Below, piece after piece: positions 26,572 to 37,207 of a stretch of DNA of 64,000 bases. How positions within the stretch are numbered: position 1 is the first letter of the stretch; each line of letters opens with the position of its first letter. The stretch is from a virus, in IMG/VR virus record IMGVR_UViG_3300037231_000119, positions 32,001 through 96,000 of that record; one strand, 5' to 3'. The notes below the pieces were generated by a model, which searched no databases, was not told where the DNA came from, and saw only the letters and a program-made list of their open reading frames with translations. Both the position numbers and the translations under genes were made by a program.

Positions 26572-27087
26572 CTAACTCCCCGGATTGGCCGTAGGGACGA
26601 TGCCCAGGTATGCCTGTATTTGATTTAAGTAACTATAAAGAATAGAATTAGTCACAAAAGGAGATAGGGCCGTTTTTATCGAGCTTGTATCTGCAATCAT
26701 AGTATTGATTTCGGTGATAGCGGCATATAGAGATCCAGTTTGAAGATAATAGGCTAAGGTTTGAGCATAGGTCGCCACCGCAATAGTTTTTCCCGACTGT
26801 GTAATTCCAGCTAACATATTTTGTGTCGCGAACTGTAGGGACATATTAGCTCCAAAATATTGCGCTTGCTGTAATATATCTGAAACTATTTCAGTTTCGG
26901 ACATAGATGCGCTAACAGGCGCTGTGAAAACGACATTATCTGTAGTAGTCCAGCCCGTGGTGGGCTGAGGAGATGTATTTGTTATATCGACTAAAATATA
27001 TTGTGAACCAGGATTCCATGCCGATACGCCATCCCAAGTTGCCGTACTGATTACCACACCATTTTGAATAATAGCAATAGTTTTCAT
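26572..27087 (-). CDS. Tail-fibre associated/assembly protein
   Basis: IAIIQNGVV...WDG; directly after the fibre gene. Confidence 0.6.
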   Translation of the reverse strand: MKTIAIIQNGVVISTATWDGVSAWNPGSQYILVDITNTSPQPTTGWTTTDNVVFTAPVSASMSETEIVSDILQQAQYFGANMSLQFATQNMLAGITQSGKTIAVATYAQTLAYYLQTGSLYAAITEINTMIADTSSIKTALSPFVTNSILYSYLNQIQAYLGIVPTANPGS

Positions 27088-27089
27088 AT

Positions 27090-30000
27090 TTACTCCTGCC
27101 AGGTTATGATCATATTTCCAGGATTGCCAGGGGATCCCGCTCCACCATTTCCACCCGCTGAACCCGTACTCGCAAGACTTCCCCCGCCGCCGCCACCGCC
27201 GCCACCAATTCCACCTTCGCCCGCATTGACTACGACGGAGGCCTGGCTTGCAGCGCTTATTCCTGCTGCTCCAGAAGCCCCGCCATTTCCACCCTTTCCA
27301 CCAATGGATAGTGTGACATTGCCAGCAAGATAGTCGGTACCACTGGACGGTGCGCCCGCTCCACCTCCTCCACCTCCCAAAGATCCGCCGCCCGTTGAAG
27401 CGGCTGGGTTTCCACCGCTGATTGCAAAAGGAGAGTTCCTTTGCGTAATGTTATTGGGAAGGATTCCCGCCGCATTTGTTAGGCCGCCAGCTCCACTTAC
27501 CGCCCCATTTCCGCCATATAAACCAGGTCTAGAACCCGCTGCTGCACCTATAGTCGATAGGGAACCTCCTCCTCCACCAAATCCCTCAACTGTACCGACC
27601 CAGGTATACGTATTCCCAGAAATAGCAAAAGTCGTATTGCCTCCCTGTCCACCAATAGTTCCAACGGTACCCGTAGCACCGGCCGCATTAGCCACGGCTC
27701 CAGCGCCACCCGCTCCACTGGTTCCGGCAGCTCCGATGGTAATAGTCGCGGTTGCACCAGGAACAACCGTGAGCGTAACCGGAGTGGATATTGCCGAGGG
27801 CGCGCTCCCCCCGCCGCCGCCCCCAGCAGCACCTGCCGCTGTTGATCCACCACCTCCTCCACCTCCTCCCGATCCTCCACCTGTACCGCCCCGCCCCGTC
27901 GCTGTGATGTTCGTAACTCCAGCAGGTATAATAAAAGAACCACTTGAAGCAAAAGATGCACTTGCTAGGTTGGACGAAGCTGAAACTTTCCACCAGTTCG
28001 TCCCATCGCTTTGGAACGCATAATTCCCGTAATTCGCATAAAGCTTTACTGGGATGGTAGATGCTTGGCCCTCTATTGTTTCCGTTCCAAATGGCGCAAC
28101 GGTCAATTGATTGGTCCCCAATGCCCCACCAACATCCTTAATGCGGAATATTTGTCCAGTTGTGGTCGTAGGATTTGGGAGAGTAACAGTGAATGCTCCA
28201 CCAGACGTATTTACGAAGACCGTTGCATTAGTTGCCGTAATAGCATAAGCGGAAGTTTTTGTAGAAACTAAAGCTGACTGTCCAGTTCCACCATTAGAGA
28301 ATGCAACGACACCAGTTACATTAGATGCGGTCCCGGTTATAGATCCGCTGGGAATAACATAATCGGTACCAGCGATGGCAGCACTAATCGCCGTGCCATT
28401 GCCCTTCAGTATACCTGTGATAGAGGTCGATAAAGTAATCGCAGGCGTGGTTGTAGAAGTGGCAACAGTTCCCGTAAATCCATTTGCGGATACCACTGAA
28501 ACGGAAGTAACTGTTCCGGAAGTAGCGGGAGCGGCCCAAACAGGAACTCCACCAGAAACTGTTAAAACATTACCTGTAGATCCGATAGGAAGTCTAGCAG
28601 CCGTAGGAGTTGAATTCTCATAAACTAAATCACCAACCGTAGTCATCGGGCTTAAGGCATCAAAAGCCGCATTGGGCGTTGTTTGACCAGTTCCTCCGGT
28701 TGCAATTGGTAAAACTCCCGACACTGCTGTCGTAAGAGAAATAGCTGCGGCCACTACATTCTTGCTTGCATCAAGCTGAAGAGGTAGTGACGCGGTAAGA
28801 GTAGGCAATACAATAGTTCCACCAAAAGAACTGGGGGCTGTACCGCTCTGGTTAATGAAATAATTTCCAGAATAGGTGACATTATCAGATATGAAAGCAG
28901 TATTTGTTCCTCCAGAGAGGGCTCCGAACTGGATAAGATTCTTATATCCAGTGATCGCTGTGGAATCGGCTGTAAATAGTAATGCCGCATAATCAAACGC
29001 TAGAGTCCCAGTTCCAGTGAGCGTCACCGGCTGGGCAAGGATACTAGCTATTTGCTGACCCGTATTTGTATTTGTATAAGTTGAACCTGACGGAACATTA
29101 AAAGATAATTGCGTGTGAATACATCCAATGGATCCGGTATCGGACGTAGTAGCTGTAATTGCTCTTACCAATGAAATCTTGCTTCCAATAAAACTCTGGG
29201 TGTTAGTTGTATTGCCCGAAATAGTAAGGCTGCTATTTAGACCAAAATAAGCTCCACCCGTCAAAGGCGACGCAAGCGCGGATTTCAGGGTGATCGTTTC
29301 CGTTCCAGCACCTATTGGCACGTTAGTTCCGATACGAAGTGCGATATTGGTGTTATCCCAGAAGAAGTTCGCATTGTTTTGAGTGAGGGCTGTCCCATTA
29401 GAGAAAATAACAGAACCCGCCGTTAAGGCAGAGCTGTTACCTGTACCACCATTACTTATACCTAGAGTTCCGGTAGTCTGGGTAAGAGGAAGGCTCAAAG
29501 CTGATAAGGTAACCAATGTACTATTTGTTGTGGTAGTTATGTCAGACGCAGTTCCCGTAGTATTCTGATTTAATATTGGTATATCACCAGAAACAAGTAA
29601 TCTAAAGGTGGGTTCTGCGGATCTTCCCCCTACAGGTCCTGCGAATACTGAGTGCTGGTTTTGATCATCAAGGGCAAAATTTAATGTACCGGAATTAGTT
29701 ACCGGACTGCCGGTGATAGTATAGATGGGGAGAGCACTTATATCTGCAAGGGCAACAGAAGTTACCGTTCCACTTCCTGGAGCTGCAGGTGTAACCCATG
29801 CAGGAATACCTCCAGAAACAGTCAATACTTGACCAGTAGAACCAACGACTAATCGGACATTGTGCGTACCGTCATAATAAAGCGTGTCGCCAGCGGTAGT
29901 CAGGGGAGAAAGAGCGTCAAAAGCGGAAGTTTGCGTAGTTTGACCTGTGCCACCATTTGCAATTGCGATCGCTGTTCCATTCCAAACACCAGAAGTAATC

Positions 30001-31211
30001 GTACCAACACCAGTCAGGCTAGAACCTATAACTGTACTATTCAGGGTAGTACCAGAAAGTGTTCCAGCAGGAGCAACTACCACATTGCCACTCGCAGCGG
30101 TAATAAGGCCCTTAGCATTAACCGTGAAAGAAGGGATAGATGTACTAGAACCGAAGGGTCCAACATTGGAGTTGACAGTGGCAAGCGTAAGAGCCGCAGA
30201 TCCAGGACCTGAAGCAGTACCATCACCCGTAAGAGCTGTAATGTAGCTACCTGCTGCTTGTTTTCCATTGAAGGTTGTGAAGTTGGCACTCGTTAAGTAT
30301 CCATTCTGGCTGGCAGATGCTGCGGCTTGAGCAATAGTTACTGGGCTTGCGCCTATAACCGCTCCAGTACCGTTGGTGATAGTGATGCCGTCAGTTCCAG
30401 CATCTGTAAGGTTGGTGATTGATAGGGCTGCTTGCTTGCCGTTAAAGGTGTTCCAGTCAGTTGAAGAAAGATACCCATCTTCAGATGTAGTGGCTTGCTG
30501 GACCGTGATATTTGGAGTAGATCCCCCAGAACTAAACAAGGGGCTTGTGGCAGTTACACTCGTAACACTAGAGCCGCCTATGGTATTGATTTGTCCCTGT
30601 ATTTTTTCAAAAGCTCCCAATACGGAGTCTGTGGCCGCAACCGGCGTATCTGCCCCCACAGCATAACCCGTCAATAACTTACCAGTAACTACAGAAGAAG
30701 TGATCGAAGTAGCTGACTGAGTCCCCGTTACATCACCTGACAGGGATCCAGTAAAAGAAGATGAAGAGCCTGATACATTTCCGGTAATATTCGCAGTAAT
30801 TATTCCCGCTGAAAAATTTCCACTTGAATCTCTTTCTACTAAGCTGCTAGCCGTATCACTTGAAGTAGCGTTACTAACTTTCGTAGCAGCTGTATTGAAA
30901 GTTGACCAATCGGTAGCACTAAGGTATCCATCAACTGAAACAGTTGCCTCTGGGATAGATATATTACTCAAACTTTCTTGAAGAGGTGCTGATACTGTTA
31001 GTCCGCTTCCATCGGCCAATAGTTGCCAATAGGTAGTATTTGTAGGTAAATTTCCGGTAGTGGTTTGTATGGCTATGTAACTATTCCCCAGATAACTTAC
31101 GGAATTTCCCACGGTATATGTTGTGGCTGGATTGTAAGCGCCCATTGGAACTATATTACCAAAATTAATAATTACGGGAGTGTCTAAGAGCTTGACTATA
31201 TTAACGGACAT
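27090..31211 (-). CDS. Long tail fibre/adhesin (1373 aa)
   Basis: N-terminal CBM5/12-like (YNPATTYTVGNSVSY..YW); GYLSSTDWNTFN and IANGGTG repeats; C-terminal glycine-rich domain. Confidence 0.85.
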   Translation of the reverse strand: MSVNIVKLLDTPVIINFGNIVPMGAYNPATTYTVGNSVSYLGNSYIAIQTTTGNLPTNTTYWQLLADGSGLTVSAPLQESLSNISIPEATVSVDGYLSATDWSTFNTAATKVSNATSSDTASSLVERDSSGNFSAGIITANITGNVSGSSSSFTGSLSGDVTGTQSATSITSSVVTGKLLTGYAVGADTPVAATDSVLGAFEKIQGQINTIGGSSVTSVTATSPLFSSGGSTPNITVQQATTSEDGYLSSTDWNTFNGKQAALSITNLTDAGTDGITITNGTGAVIGASPVTIAQAAASASQNGYLTSANFTTFNGKQAAGSYITALTGDGTASGPGSAALTLATVNSNVGPFGSSTSIPSFTVNAKGLITAASGNVVVAPAGTLSGTTLNSTVIGSSLTGVGTITSGVWNGTAIAIANGGTGQTTQTSAFDALSPLTTAGDTLYYDGTHNVRLVVGSTGQVLTVSGGIPAWVTPAAPGSGTVTSVALADISALPIYTITGSPVTNSGTLNFALDDQNQHSVFAGPVGGRSAEPTFRLLVSGDIPILNQNTTGTASDITTTTNSTLVTLSALSLPLTQTTGTLGISNGGTGNSSALTAGSVIFSNGTALTQNNANFFWDNTNIALRIGTNVPIGAGTETITLKSALASPLTGGAYFGLNSSLTISGNTTNTQSFIGSKISLVRAITATTSDTGSIGCIHTQLSFNVPSGSTYTNTNTGQQIASILAQPVTLTGTGTLAFDYAALLFTADSTAITGYKNLIQFGALSGGTNTAFISDNVTYSGNYFINQSGTAPSSFGGTIVLPTLTASLPLQLDASKNVVAAAISLTTAVSGVLPIATGGTGQTTPNAAFDALSPMTTVGDLVYENSTPTAARLPIGSTGNVLTVSGGVPVWAAPATSGTVTSVSVVSANGFTGTVATSTTTPAITLSTSITGILKGNGTAISAAIAGTDYVIPSGSITGTASNVTGVVAFSNGGTGQSALVSTKTSAYAITATNATVFVNTSGGAFTVTLPNPTTTTGQIFRIKDVGGALGTNQLTVAPFGTETIEGQASTIPVKLYANYGNYAFQSDGTNWWKVSASSNLASASFASSGSFIIPAGVTNITATGRGGTGGGSGGGGGGGGSTAAGAAGGGGGGSAPSAISTPVTLTVVPGATATITIGAAGTSGAGGAGAVANAAGATGTVGTIGGQGGNTTFAISGNTYTWVGTVEGFGGGGGSLSTIGAAAGSRPGLYGGNGAVSGAGGLTNAAGILPNNITQRNSPFAISGGNPAASTGGGSLGGGGGGAGAPSSGTDYLAGNVTLSIGGKGGNGGASGAAGISAASQASVVVNAGEGGIGGGGGGGGGSLASTGSAGGNGGAGSPGNPGNMIITWQE

Positions 31212-31921
31212 TATGAATACCCCAATGAAGTTCTATTGTTCCATATATTTGTAAAACTAGCAGATCCATTTGCATACAAAACGCTTGTCATTTCTGAAAT
31301 TTCGACGATTTTAATTATTTGCCATACTGCCGCGCTTGCAACAGATCCAGGGAGTGCTTCCCCCACATAAGTGGTATTGGGAACCGAACTGTCTATTAAA
31401 TAGATGTAATTTGGACCGGGAGCGACGTTGACTGATCCATCTGGATTGACGACCATAGTATTGCCGCCCTCGACGATCGACACGTCTCCTATAGATACAG
31501 TCCCGTCAAAAGTTATGGGGAGGGGGTTCGAATTGCTATAGCCATTACCATACGGATCTACGGGACGAACTCTCCAGGCATCGATAGGATCGGTTTCGTA
31601 GGTAGCCTGAAGTCGGGCCTCCGTTGGGACAGTTGATTTATTTTGCATTTCAGCCGAGATGCGAGAGCCAGAAGTAACAGTGAACGCACTTAGGTCCACA
31701 TTGTGATCTGCACCACCTTTGGTGAGACCAACCCAAAGAGTATTTTTATCCACCACTCTTTTAACATAAACTGTGAGCTGGATAGGCGTATTATTTACGA
31801 GGGTGGCCTGCATACTAAAGAAAAAACCTGCAGTATCAGTAACTTGGAGTACGCCTTCGGTGGTACCATCAGATATGAGTAATACTGGAGGGACTGCATC
31901 CCATTGCCGCTCGTTAGCCAT
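31211..31921 (-). CDS. Virion structural protein (fibre-associated)
   Basis: Coupled to the fibre gene; late motif at 31973. Confidence 0.65.
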   Translation of the reverse strand: MANERQWDAVPPVLLISDGTTEGVLQVTDTAGFFFSMQATLVNNTPIQLTVYVKRVVDKNTLWVGLTKGGADHNVDLSAFTVTSGSRISAEMQNKSTVPTEARLQATYETDPIDAWRVRPVDPYGNGYSNSNPLPITFDGTVSIGDVSIVEGGNTMVVNPDGSVNVAPGPNYIYLIDSSVPNTTYVGEALPGSVASAAVWQIIKIVEISEMTSVLYANGSASFTNIWNNRTSLGYS

Positions 31922-31987
31922 AAAACCATTTCCATGCCCATAAAACGATCAACCATATGATCGAGTTACAGTAAAGATTGGCTAATT

Positions 31988-32377
31988 TTAGGTAACGGGA
32001 GGAGCCCAGGAAATCTGAATACGAGCTGGCCCACAATCACAACCACAGTTACAATTCCATGTCTCATAGCCTGGAGGCAAAGCTTCGGGGAATCCGGCTA
32101 CGAAACACGGCGCGTACGGATAGCCAGGAAAGCCACAATTGAAGGGGAAGATAGGGAAGTTGACTACATAGCCAAGAGGGGTAAAGTAGTTGGTCACATA
32201 GGTAGAGGTCAAGAAAGGGATCATGAAGGGCTCTACCTGAGTAAGGCCATTAGCAATAGCGGCGTTGATTAGGACGGTAGCAGAAGCCACAAAAGTAGCC
32301 TCAGCCGTGACCATAAGAGAGGCAACGGTGGCTTGGGAGGCGGTAAGGGCTGCGGAGGCGGTAGGGAGGGTGGGCAT
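31988..32377 (-). CDS. Late hypothetical protein, Cys/Pro-rich
   Basis: Late motif 5 nt upstream of ATG. Confidence 0.65.
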   Translation of the reverse strand: MPTLPTASAALTASQATVASLMVTAEATFVASATVLINAAIANGLTQVEPFMIPFLTSTYVTNYFTPLGYVVNFPIFPFNCGFPGYPYAPCFVAGFPEALPPGYETWNCNCGCDCGPARIQISWAPPVT

Positions 32378-32391
32378 AAGGGTAAGATTGG

Positions 32392-33486
32392 CTATTGGGA
32401 AAGAAAGTCGAGGCAGCGCTTAATGCAGGATTGCTTGTCTAAATCCCAGTCTTCTTCTTTGATGTGGAGGATTTTGATGCCAATTGAAAGGAAATAGAGG
32501 TCCTTATCTTCGTGGTAGGTTATAATAGCGGAGTCGGACCAAAGATTTTCGTTTTTGGCCTTTCTCATATATTCAAAACTATGATAATAGCTGCCATCGT
32601 ATTCTATGCTTTTACCCAGTTCAGGGACATATATGTCCAGCTCCAAGTACCTCTTTTTATTATTGGGATCATTATAAAATCTCTTTTTTATCGTACCCGG
32701 ATAAATTTCAGAAACTAAAGCAAAAATCTCTCTTTCGGCAATGGATGAACCTTTCAATGTACATTTAGGACACCTTCTTCCATGCCCCTTAAAATTATAG
32801 AAAGTTGTTTCGTACGGATGATTTTTGGGACAAATAAGAAGAATTTTACCTTGGGGATCATATTCTTCCGACTTTAACAAATATCCCTCTTTTTCAACAA
32901 ACTCTTTTATGGATGCCAGAGAATGGGGGCGATTATGAGCGCAGTGTTGACATCTCGCTTTTGCAGACAAAAATCCATTCATCGTAAGAGTTGTTTCGTG
33001 GCCAGCCGAACAAAAAACATTAAGTTTTTGATGGGCGTTTTTGTAATTTGTAGTAATTAGCCTATAACCTTCTTTACGTAAAATGTTAGAGATATCGTCA
33101 ATAGTATATCTTTTAATGCCTCGACATTCGTTACACCCAGAGCCATGGCCGATATAATTATCTAGAGAGGTAGACACTGCGTGCCCGTTTCTACATACCA
33201 TATTAAGTTTTTGTTTCATATTACTGTATGAGATATCAGATAGCGTATACCCATCTCGTTTTAGAATGGCCCTAACACTTTCGACTGTATAGGAAGCCTT
33301 ATCGAGGCAAGTAGGGCATCGACTTTTCTGACTTGTGAAGCAATTAAGTGTAACAAACCAAGGATGTCCCTTTGGACATACGACCTCCAACTTCTTCCCA
33401 CTCCTCACATATATCTTAGATATGAGAGTGTACCCCTCCATCTCAAATATATCTTTTACTGTTTCGTAGCTAAATTTTACCGTCAT
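32392..33486 (-). CDS. Homing-endonuclease-like protein (zinc-ribbon repeats plus Vsr-like nuclease)
   Basis: Four CPKGH..RCPxC-type repeats; ELDIYVPELGKSIEYDGSYYH. Confidence 0.85.
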   Translation of the reverse strand: MTVKFSYETVKDIFEMEGYTLISKIYVRSGKKLEVVCPKGHPWFVTLNCFTSQKSRCPTCLDKASYTVESVRAILKRDGYTLSDISYSNMKQKLNMVCRNGHAVSTSLDNYIGHGSGCNECRGIKRYTIDDISNILRKEGYRLITTNYKNAHQKLNVFCSAGHETTLTMNGFLSAKARCQHCAHNRPHSLASIKEFVEKEGYLLKSEEYDPQGKILLICPKNHPYETTFYNFKGHGRRCPKCTLKGSSIAEREIFALVSEIYPGTIKKRFYNDPNNKKRYLELDIYVPELGKSIEYDGSYYHSFEYMRKAKNENLWSDSAIITYHEDKDLYFLSIGIKILHIKEEDWDLDKQSCIKRCLDFLSQ

Positions 33487-33520
33487 ACAATAAGATTACG
33501 ACACTAATTTTGTTCGGTCA

Positions 33521-33557
33521 ATAAAAAACCCCACATAAACTCAATTATATGGGGTTT
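33521..33557 (-). terminator. Rho-independent terminator after tail tube gene
   Basis: AACCCCATATAA-loop-TTATGTGGGGTT followed by a T run. Confidence 0.75.
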
Positions 33558-33587
33558 GATAGAATAAATTGACTTATTTTTTGATAA

Positions 33588-34103
33588 TTAAGGAAGCGAA
33601 ACCGCCCCTGCTTCCGCATCGTTAGGCGAACTTTCGTCGGTGAGGGCTAATGCTTTGTATGTGATATTTATTTTAGATGTAGCTCGTGACTGGAAATTAT
33701 TGCTATTGGTATCAGGCAATGCACCGATAAGGGTAGCCATTGGAGGACCGGTAGGATTCTCACGATCAGCAACAGTAATCGTAACTGGACCTAGTCCAAG
33801 TAGTTGATTTAATGTAGGAAATTGACCCAAAGCTTTGACGCCAAATCCATATACACGGAATCCGGTGCATTGGACAGTAACCGCATTATAAGCGGTAAGT
33901 GTTATCTCATCAGCGGAATAGCGGCCCAAGAGATGAATATCTTCGCTCGAGATCGATTCACTAATACTGCACGAATCGAAAATACCGATTACGACTGGAG
34001 ATCCACCAGCGCCCTGAATACTTACGACGGATCTACCACCCGTAATAACTTTGGATGCAGCTGGACTAATTCCGCCTCTGCCACTATCATCGATAATTGC
34101 CAT
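33588..34103 (-). CDS. Tail tube protein
   Basis: 171 aa, immediately after sheath; IHLLGRY..EI pattern. Confidence 0.75.
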   Translation of the reverse strand: MAIIDDSGRGGISPAASKVITGGRSVVSIQGAGGSPVVIGIFDSCSISESISSEDIHLLGRYSADEITLTAYNAVTVQCTGFRVYGFGVKALGQFPTLNQLLGLGPVTITVADRENPTGPPMATLIGALPDTNSNNFQSRATSKINITYKALALTDESSPNDAEAGAVSLP

Positions 34104-34126
34104 ATAATTTCTCCCTTAAATCTTTC

Positions 34127-36877
34127 TTAGCTTGCTGACTGTTGAACCGCACTGAGAGCCAAATTAATTGCTACAAAGTATATGCTCGTAGTCAATTTTG
34201 CTTCAACATTCACAGTCATAGTGGGTGCCGAAAGTGTAATGCTGGCATTTTTATATCCAAGAGGTGCATCATTCGACGTAGTCACCATCTTAAGCTTCTT
34301 GTAGAAGTCGAATCTCTGTTGCAAGAAGCTCAGAGCAGAAGCTGCAGTGACATCGGCCACAGATCTTCCAACAATTGCACTCTGAAAACTTTGCGCGAGG
34401 TCAAGAGCTAAAATGTCAGATAGATATACGGCCTGAATCGAATTATAAACGAAGCTCGAATTTAGGCCAAATGAGGTCTGATCGGATACCCACAGGATTC
34501 CACTTGTATTTTGAGTTAGAACCAAAAGGCCCGCAATGATCGCCTCACTCACATCCGCTGGATCACCAGAGTCATATCCAACTGGGTCCTGGAACGAAAC
34601 GATATTGGCCAAGTGGTTACAAATAGATTTGTAGAAACCGCCGCACTGTGTGCCAGCCGCTACTGCCGCCGCATACCAAGGCAAGAACAACTGATTCACA
34701 CCAGCCGAATTTACCTGAGTCACTTGCTGACACGTCAGAGAGCAACGATAGCTTGCCAAGCTCTGAGCTTGTGCCCTAGCATTAGCAAACGTGTCATTGA
34801 TGGACAGAATCGCCATACGATTATGTTTCAGGGTAGGGGTTGAGAACTGAATGCAATGTGACTTAAGAAGCTCATTGATGGCGTCGATCGTATAAGTCGA
34901 ACTTGGATCCGTATTACCGGCCGTAATATCTTTACTCGCATCCTGAGAGAACAAAGGAACAATGATATTGACCTGGATACCGCCCATTTGAGCGATCGCA
35001 TTTACAATGTCATTCGCAGACGTTCCACCCAAAGCGCCACCAGTCAAGAACACCATAGAGCCTGGTACTGGAAGACCGGAAGTAGCCGTAGGAGTAAAAC
35101 CAACCGCCGTAGAAGTATTCAATTGATTCTGGAATGTAAACAGGGAATTCTTCACACGTCCTGGTTGATCTCCGTCCGTAGAAGCAATCCCGATAGCCGT
35201 AACATGATCCAGAGAAGAGGTTGGATTCGAAGTAGCAGAGCTTCCAACCGTTGCCGTATACCCTGGCTGCGTGTTAATGAATGCCGCCAACTGGCCAACC
35301 GTAGTATACTGAGAAAGAACGATTGAGAGATTAGCGCCAGTTCCACCCGTGACGGTCGTTGTCAGCATGGTTGAGTTAATGGTCATCGTTCCGGTCGTTC
35401 CAGCGTACCCAACACTCAAGGCAATAGCTGGAGCAATATTGAACGTCTCATTAATCTGCGCAGTCGTATTGATAATCGAGACTTCAACCGCTGGCTCTTC
35501 GCTAGAAGTAATAAGTCCAGCCGTCATACCAAGAGCGGCCAAATCACCAGGAGTAGAATCGATCAACTCAAAGCTTTGTCCAAATCCACTCGCGTATGGT
35601 GTACCTTCAGCAGCCATCGTGAACACCAGAGTATTCATCGCAGACCCAGCAGATGCCGTAATACCAGCAGGGAGAAGAAGATTCAGCTCCGTAATCAACT
35701 CAGCAATATTGGAATGCGCAGCTCCGACGATAGTTCCAGGTGGAAAGCCAGTGACCGAATTGGTAGGGCTTGATCCCACGTTTCCAGTTACAACCGAAGA
35801 CCCAGTATTGGTAACCCCGGAAGAACCCAAAAGACCGAATGAACCAGCATAGTTAAGAAGAGGGGAATTCTGAGCATTGACAACCGTTGCGGCACTGAGA
35901 GTAACTGCGCCCGTAAGAGCAATCAGGGAACCGTTAACAGTTCCACCCAAAGTATCTGTAATGCTATCTTCCGCAATGACGTTACCAGCGAAGGTTCCGC
36001 TAAAGCCAGAATTGATCGTAGCCGAAGATCCAACTACCCAGTAGATGTTAGCAGCTGTCGCACCACCGGTCAGCGTCATGGTCGGGATACCACCAGAACC
36101 GGTAACCAGAGTGCTAGAGGTCTTGATAACATACACCCCAGCGCCATTGAAGGTTAGGGTTCCAGCTCCAGAAGCTGCCAAGCTAGCTGCGCCCGTGCTA
36201 TAAACACCGGGAGTCAACGTTTGGCCGTCGAGAGTCGCAGAGATCGGAGTAGCGGTCATACCGGTCAGGCTAGTATAGGCAGACATGGCGGCAGATTGAC
36301 CAGCGGCCGATTCAGTAGGAGTAACAGGGCTAGAAGATCCGGAACTGAGTGTAATTACGTGAGATGCTCCACCGTTCACACGAATAGAGAACGTATCGCC
36401 ATCCAGAGCGGTACCAAAAGCAGGGACCGTATTCCCAGTAACTTGTGGAGAAACTTCGTTACTGATGGAGGTAACCGTGTAGTTGAAGAGATTTCCAGCT
36501 ACACCGAAGTTAAGCGCCGTGAGAGTTCCATAACCAGGAACGGAAGCGGTCGCCTGTGTACCCTCGTTGGTTTTGAGGATATAGATGGAAGTAGCCGTTC
36601 CGGAAATGTCTGGATCGTTACTAGGAGCCGAAAGAGCAGCAAAGGCGTCAACGATTGGACCCGAGCCGTAAATAGCTCTTACTTGGTTGTAAGCGCTAGG
36701 CCCGAAGAAGTTGTTAGCCAACGTAACTTCAGAGTAGTTAGGGCCTTGAGCAGCTTCACCCATGATAAGAACAACCCCTGAACTCGCAAGTCCGGAAGCT
36801 GTTGAAATTACAGTGGTATTTACGTAGGCGCCAGGGATTGGGGTAGAAATCCAGGGAGTATTTAAAAATTGTGCCAT
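34127..36877 (-). CDS. Tail sheath protein with inserted circularly permuted DUF3494 domain
   Basis: N-terminal IPGAYV...LIMGEA.QGP...YGSGPIVDA; C-terminal sheath core; insert at about aa 185-388. Confidence 0.9.
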   Translation of the reverse strand: MAQFLNTPWISTPIPGAYVNTTVISTASGLASSGVVLIMGEAAQGPNYSEVTLANNFFGPSAYNQVRAIYGSGPIVDAFAALSAPSNDPDISGTATSIYILKTNEGTQATASVPGYGTLTALNFGVAGNLFNYTVTSISNEVSPQVTGNTVPAFGTALDGDTFSIRVNGGASHVITLSSGSSSPVTPTESAAGQSAAMSAYTSLTGMTATPISATLDGQTLTPGVYSTGAASLAASGAGTLTFNGAGVYVIKTSSTLVTGSGGIPTMTLTGGATAANIYWVVGSSATINSGFSGTFAGNVIAEDSITDTLGGTVNGSLIALTGAVTLSAATVVNAQNSPLLNYAGSFGLLGSSGVTNTGSSVVTGNVGSSPTNSVTGFPPGTIVGAAHSNIAELITELNLLLPAGITASAGSAMNTLVFTMAAEGTPYASGFGQSFELIDSTPGDLAALGMTAGLITSSEEPAVEVSIINTTAQINETFNIAPAIALSVGYAGTTGTMTINSTMLTTTVTGGTGANLSIVLSQYTTVGQLAAFINTQPGYTATVGSSATSNPTSSLDHVTAIGIASTDGDQPGRVKNSLFTFQNQLNTSTAVGFTPTATSGLPVPGSMVFLTGGALGGTSANDIVNAIAQMGGIQVNIIVPLFSQDASKDITAGNTDPSSTYTIDAINELLKSHCIQFSTPTLKHNRMAILSINDTFANARAQAQSLASYRCSLTCQQVTQVNSAGVNQLFLPWYAAAVAAGTQCGGFYKSICNHLANIVSFQDPVGYDSGDPADVSEAIIAGLLVLTQNTSGILWVSDQTSFGLNSSFVYNSIQAVYLSDILALDLAQSFQSAIVGRSVADVTAASALSFLQQRFDFYKKLKMVTTSNDAPLGYKNASITLSAPTMTVNVEAKLTTSIYFVAINLALSAVQQSAS

Positions 36878-36890
36878 ATACTATCTCCTA

Positions 36891-37202
36891 TTACTTAACT
36901 TTTTTGAGTCCAAAATTGAACAAACCGTCGTGAAATTGTTCTGGACTATCCATTCCAATAGCCTTAAGATGCAACCAAAGGGCATGCTCAAGATACTTAG
37001 ATTTTCCGTACTTTGCCCTATTGCCGACCCAGAATTTTCTAAATTCTTCTCTTTTTTGAGCATCGGTGAGAGGCTTAACTTGCGGCTTATGTAGAGAAGC
37101 TCTGTAAGCTTTAGCTTGTTCCAAGGTCATAGCAATAGCTTCAGCCGCCGTTTGGGGCTTAGGTTCCACTTTAACTTGCTTGGTTTTTTGGGGTTTAGCC
37201 AT
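36891..37202 (-). CDS. Conserved late protein upstream of sheath
   Basis: Operon position. Confidence 0.65.
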   Translation of the reverse strand: MAKPQKTKQVKVEPKPQTAAEAIAMTLEQAKAYRASLHKPQVKPLTDAQKREEFRKFWVGNRAKYGKSKYLEHALWLHLKAIGMDSPEQFHDGLFNFGLKKVK

Positions 37203-37207
37203 TTTTG

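Noticed and set aside
27064-36781. Numerous plus-strand ORFs opposite fibre and sheath genes (likewise opposite MCP and scaffold)
   Set aside because: Antisense shadows of codon-biased structural genes, without RBS or recognisable motifs.
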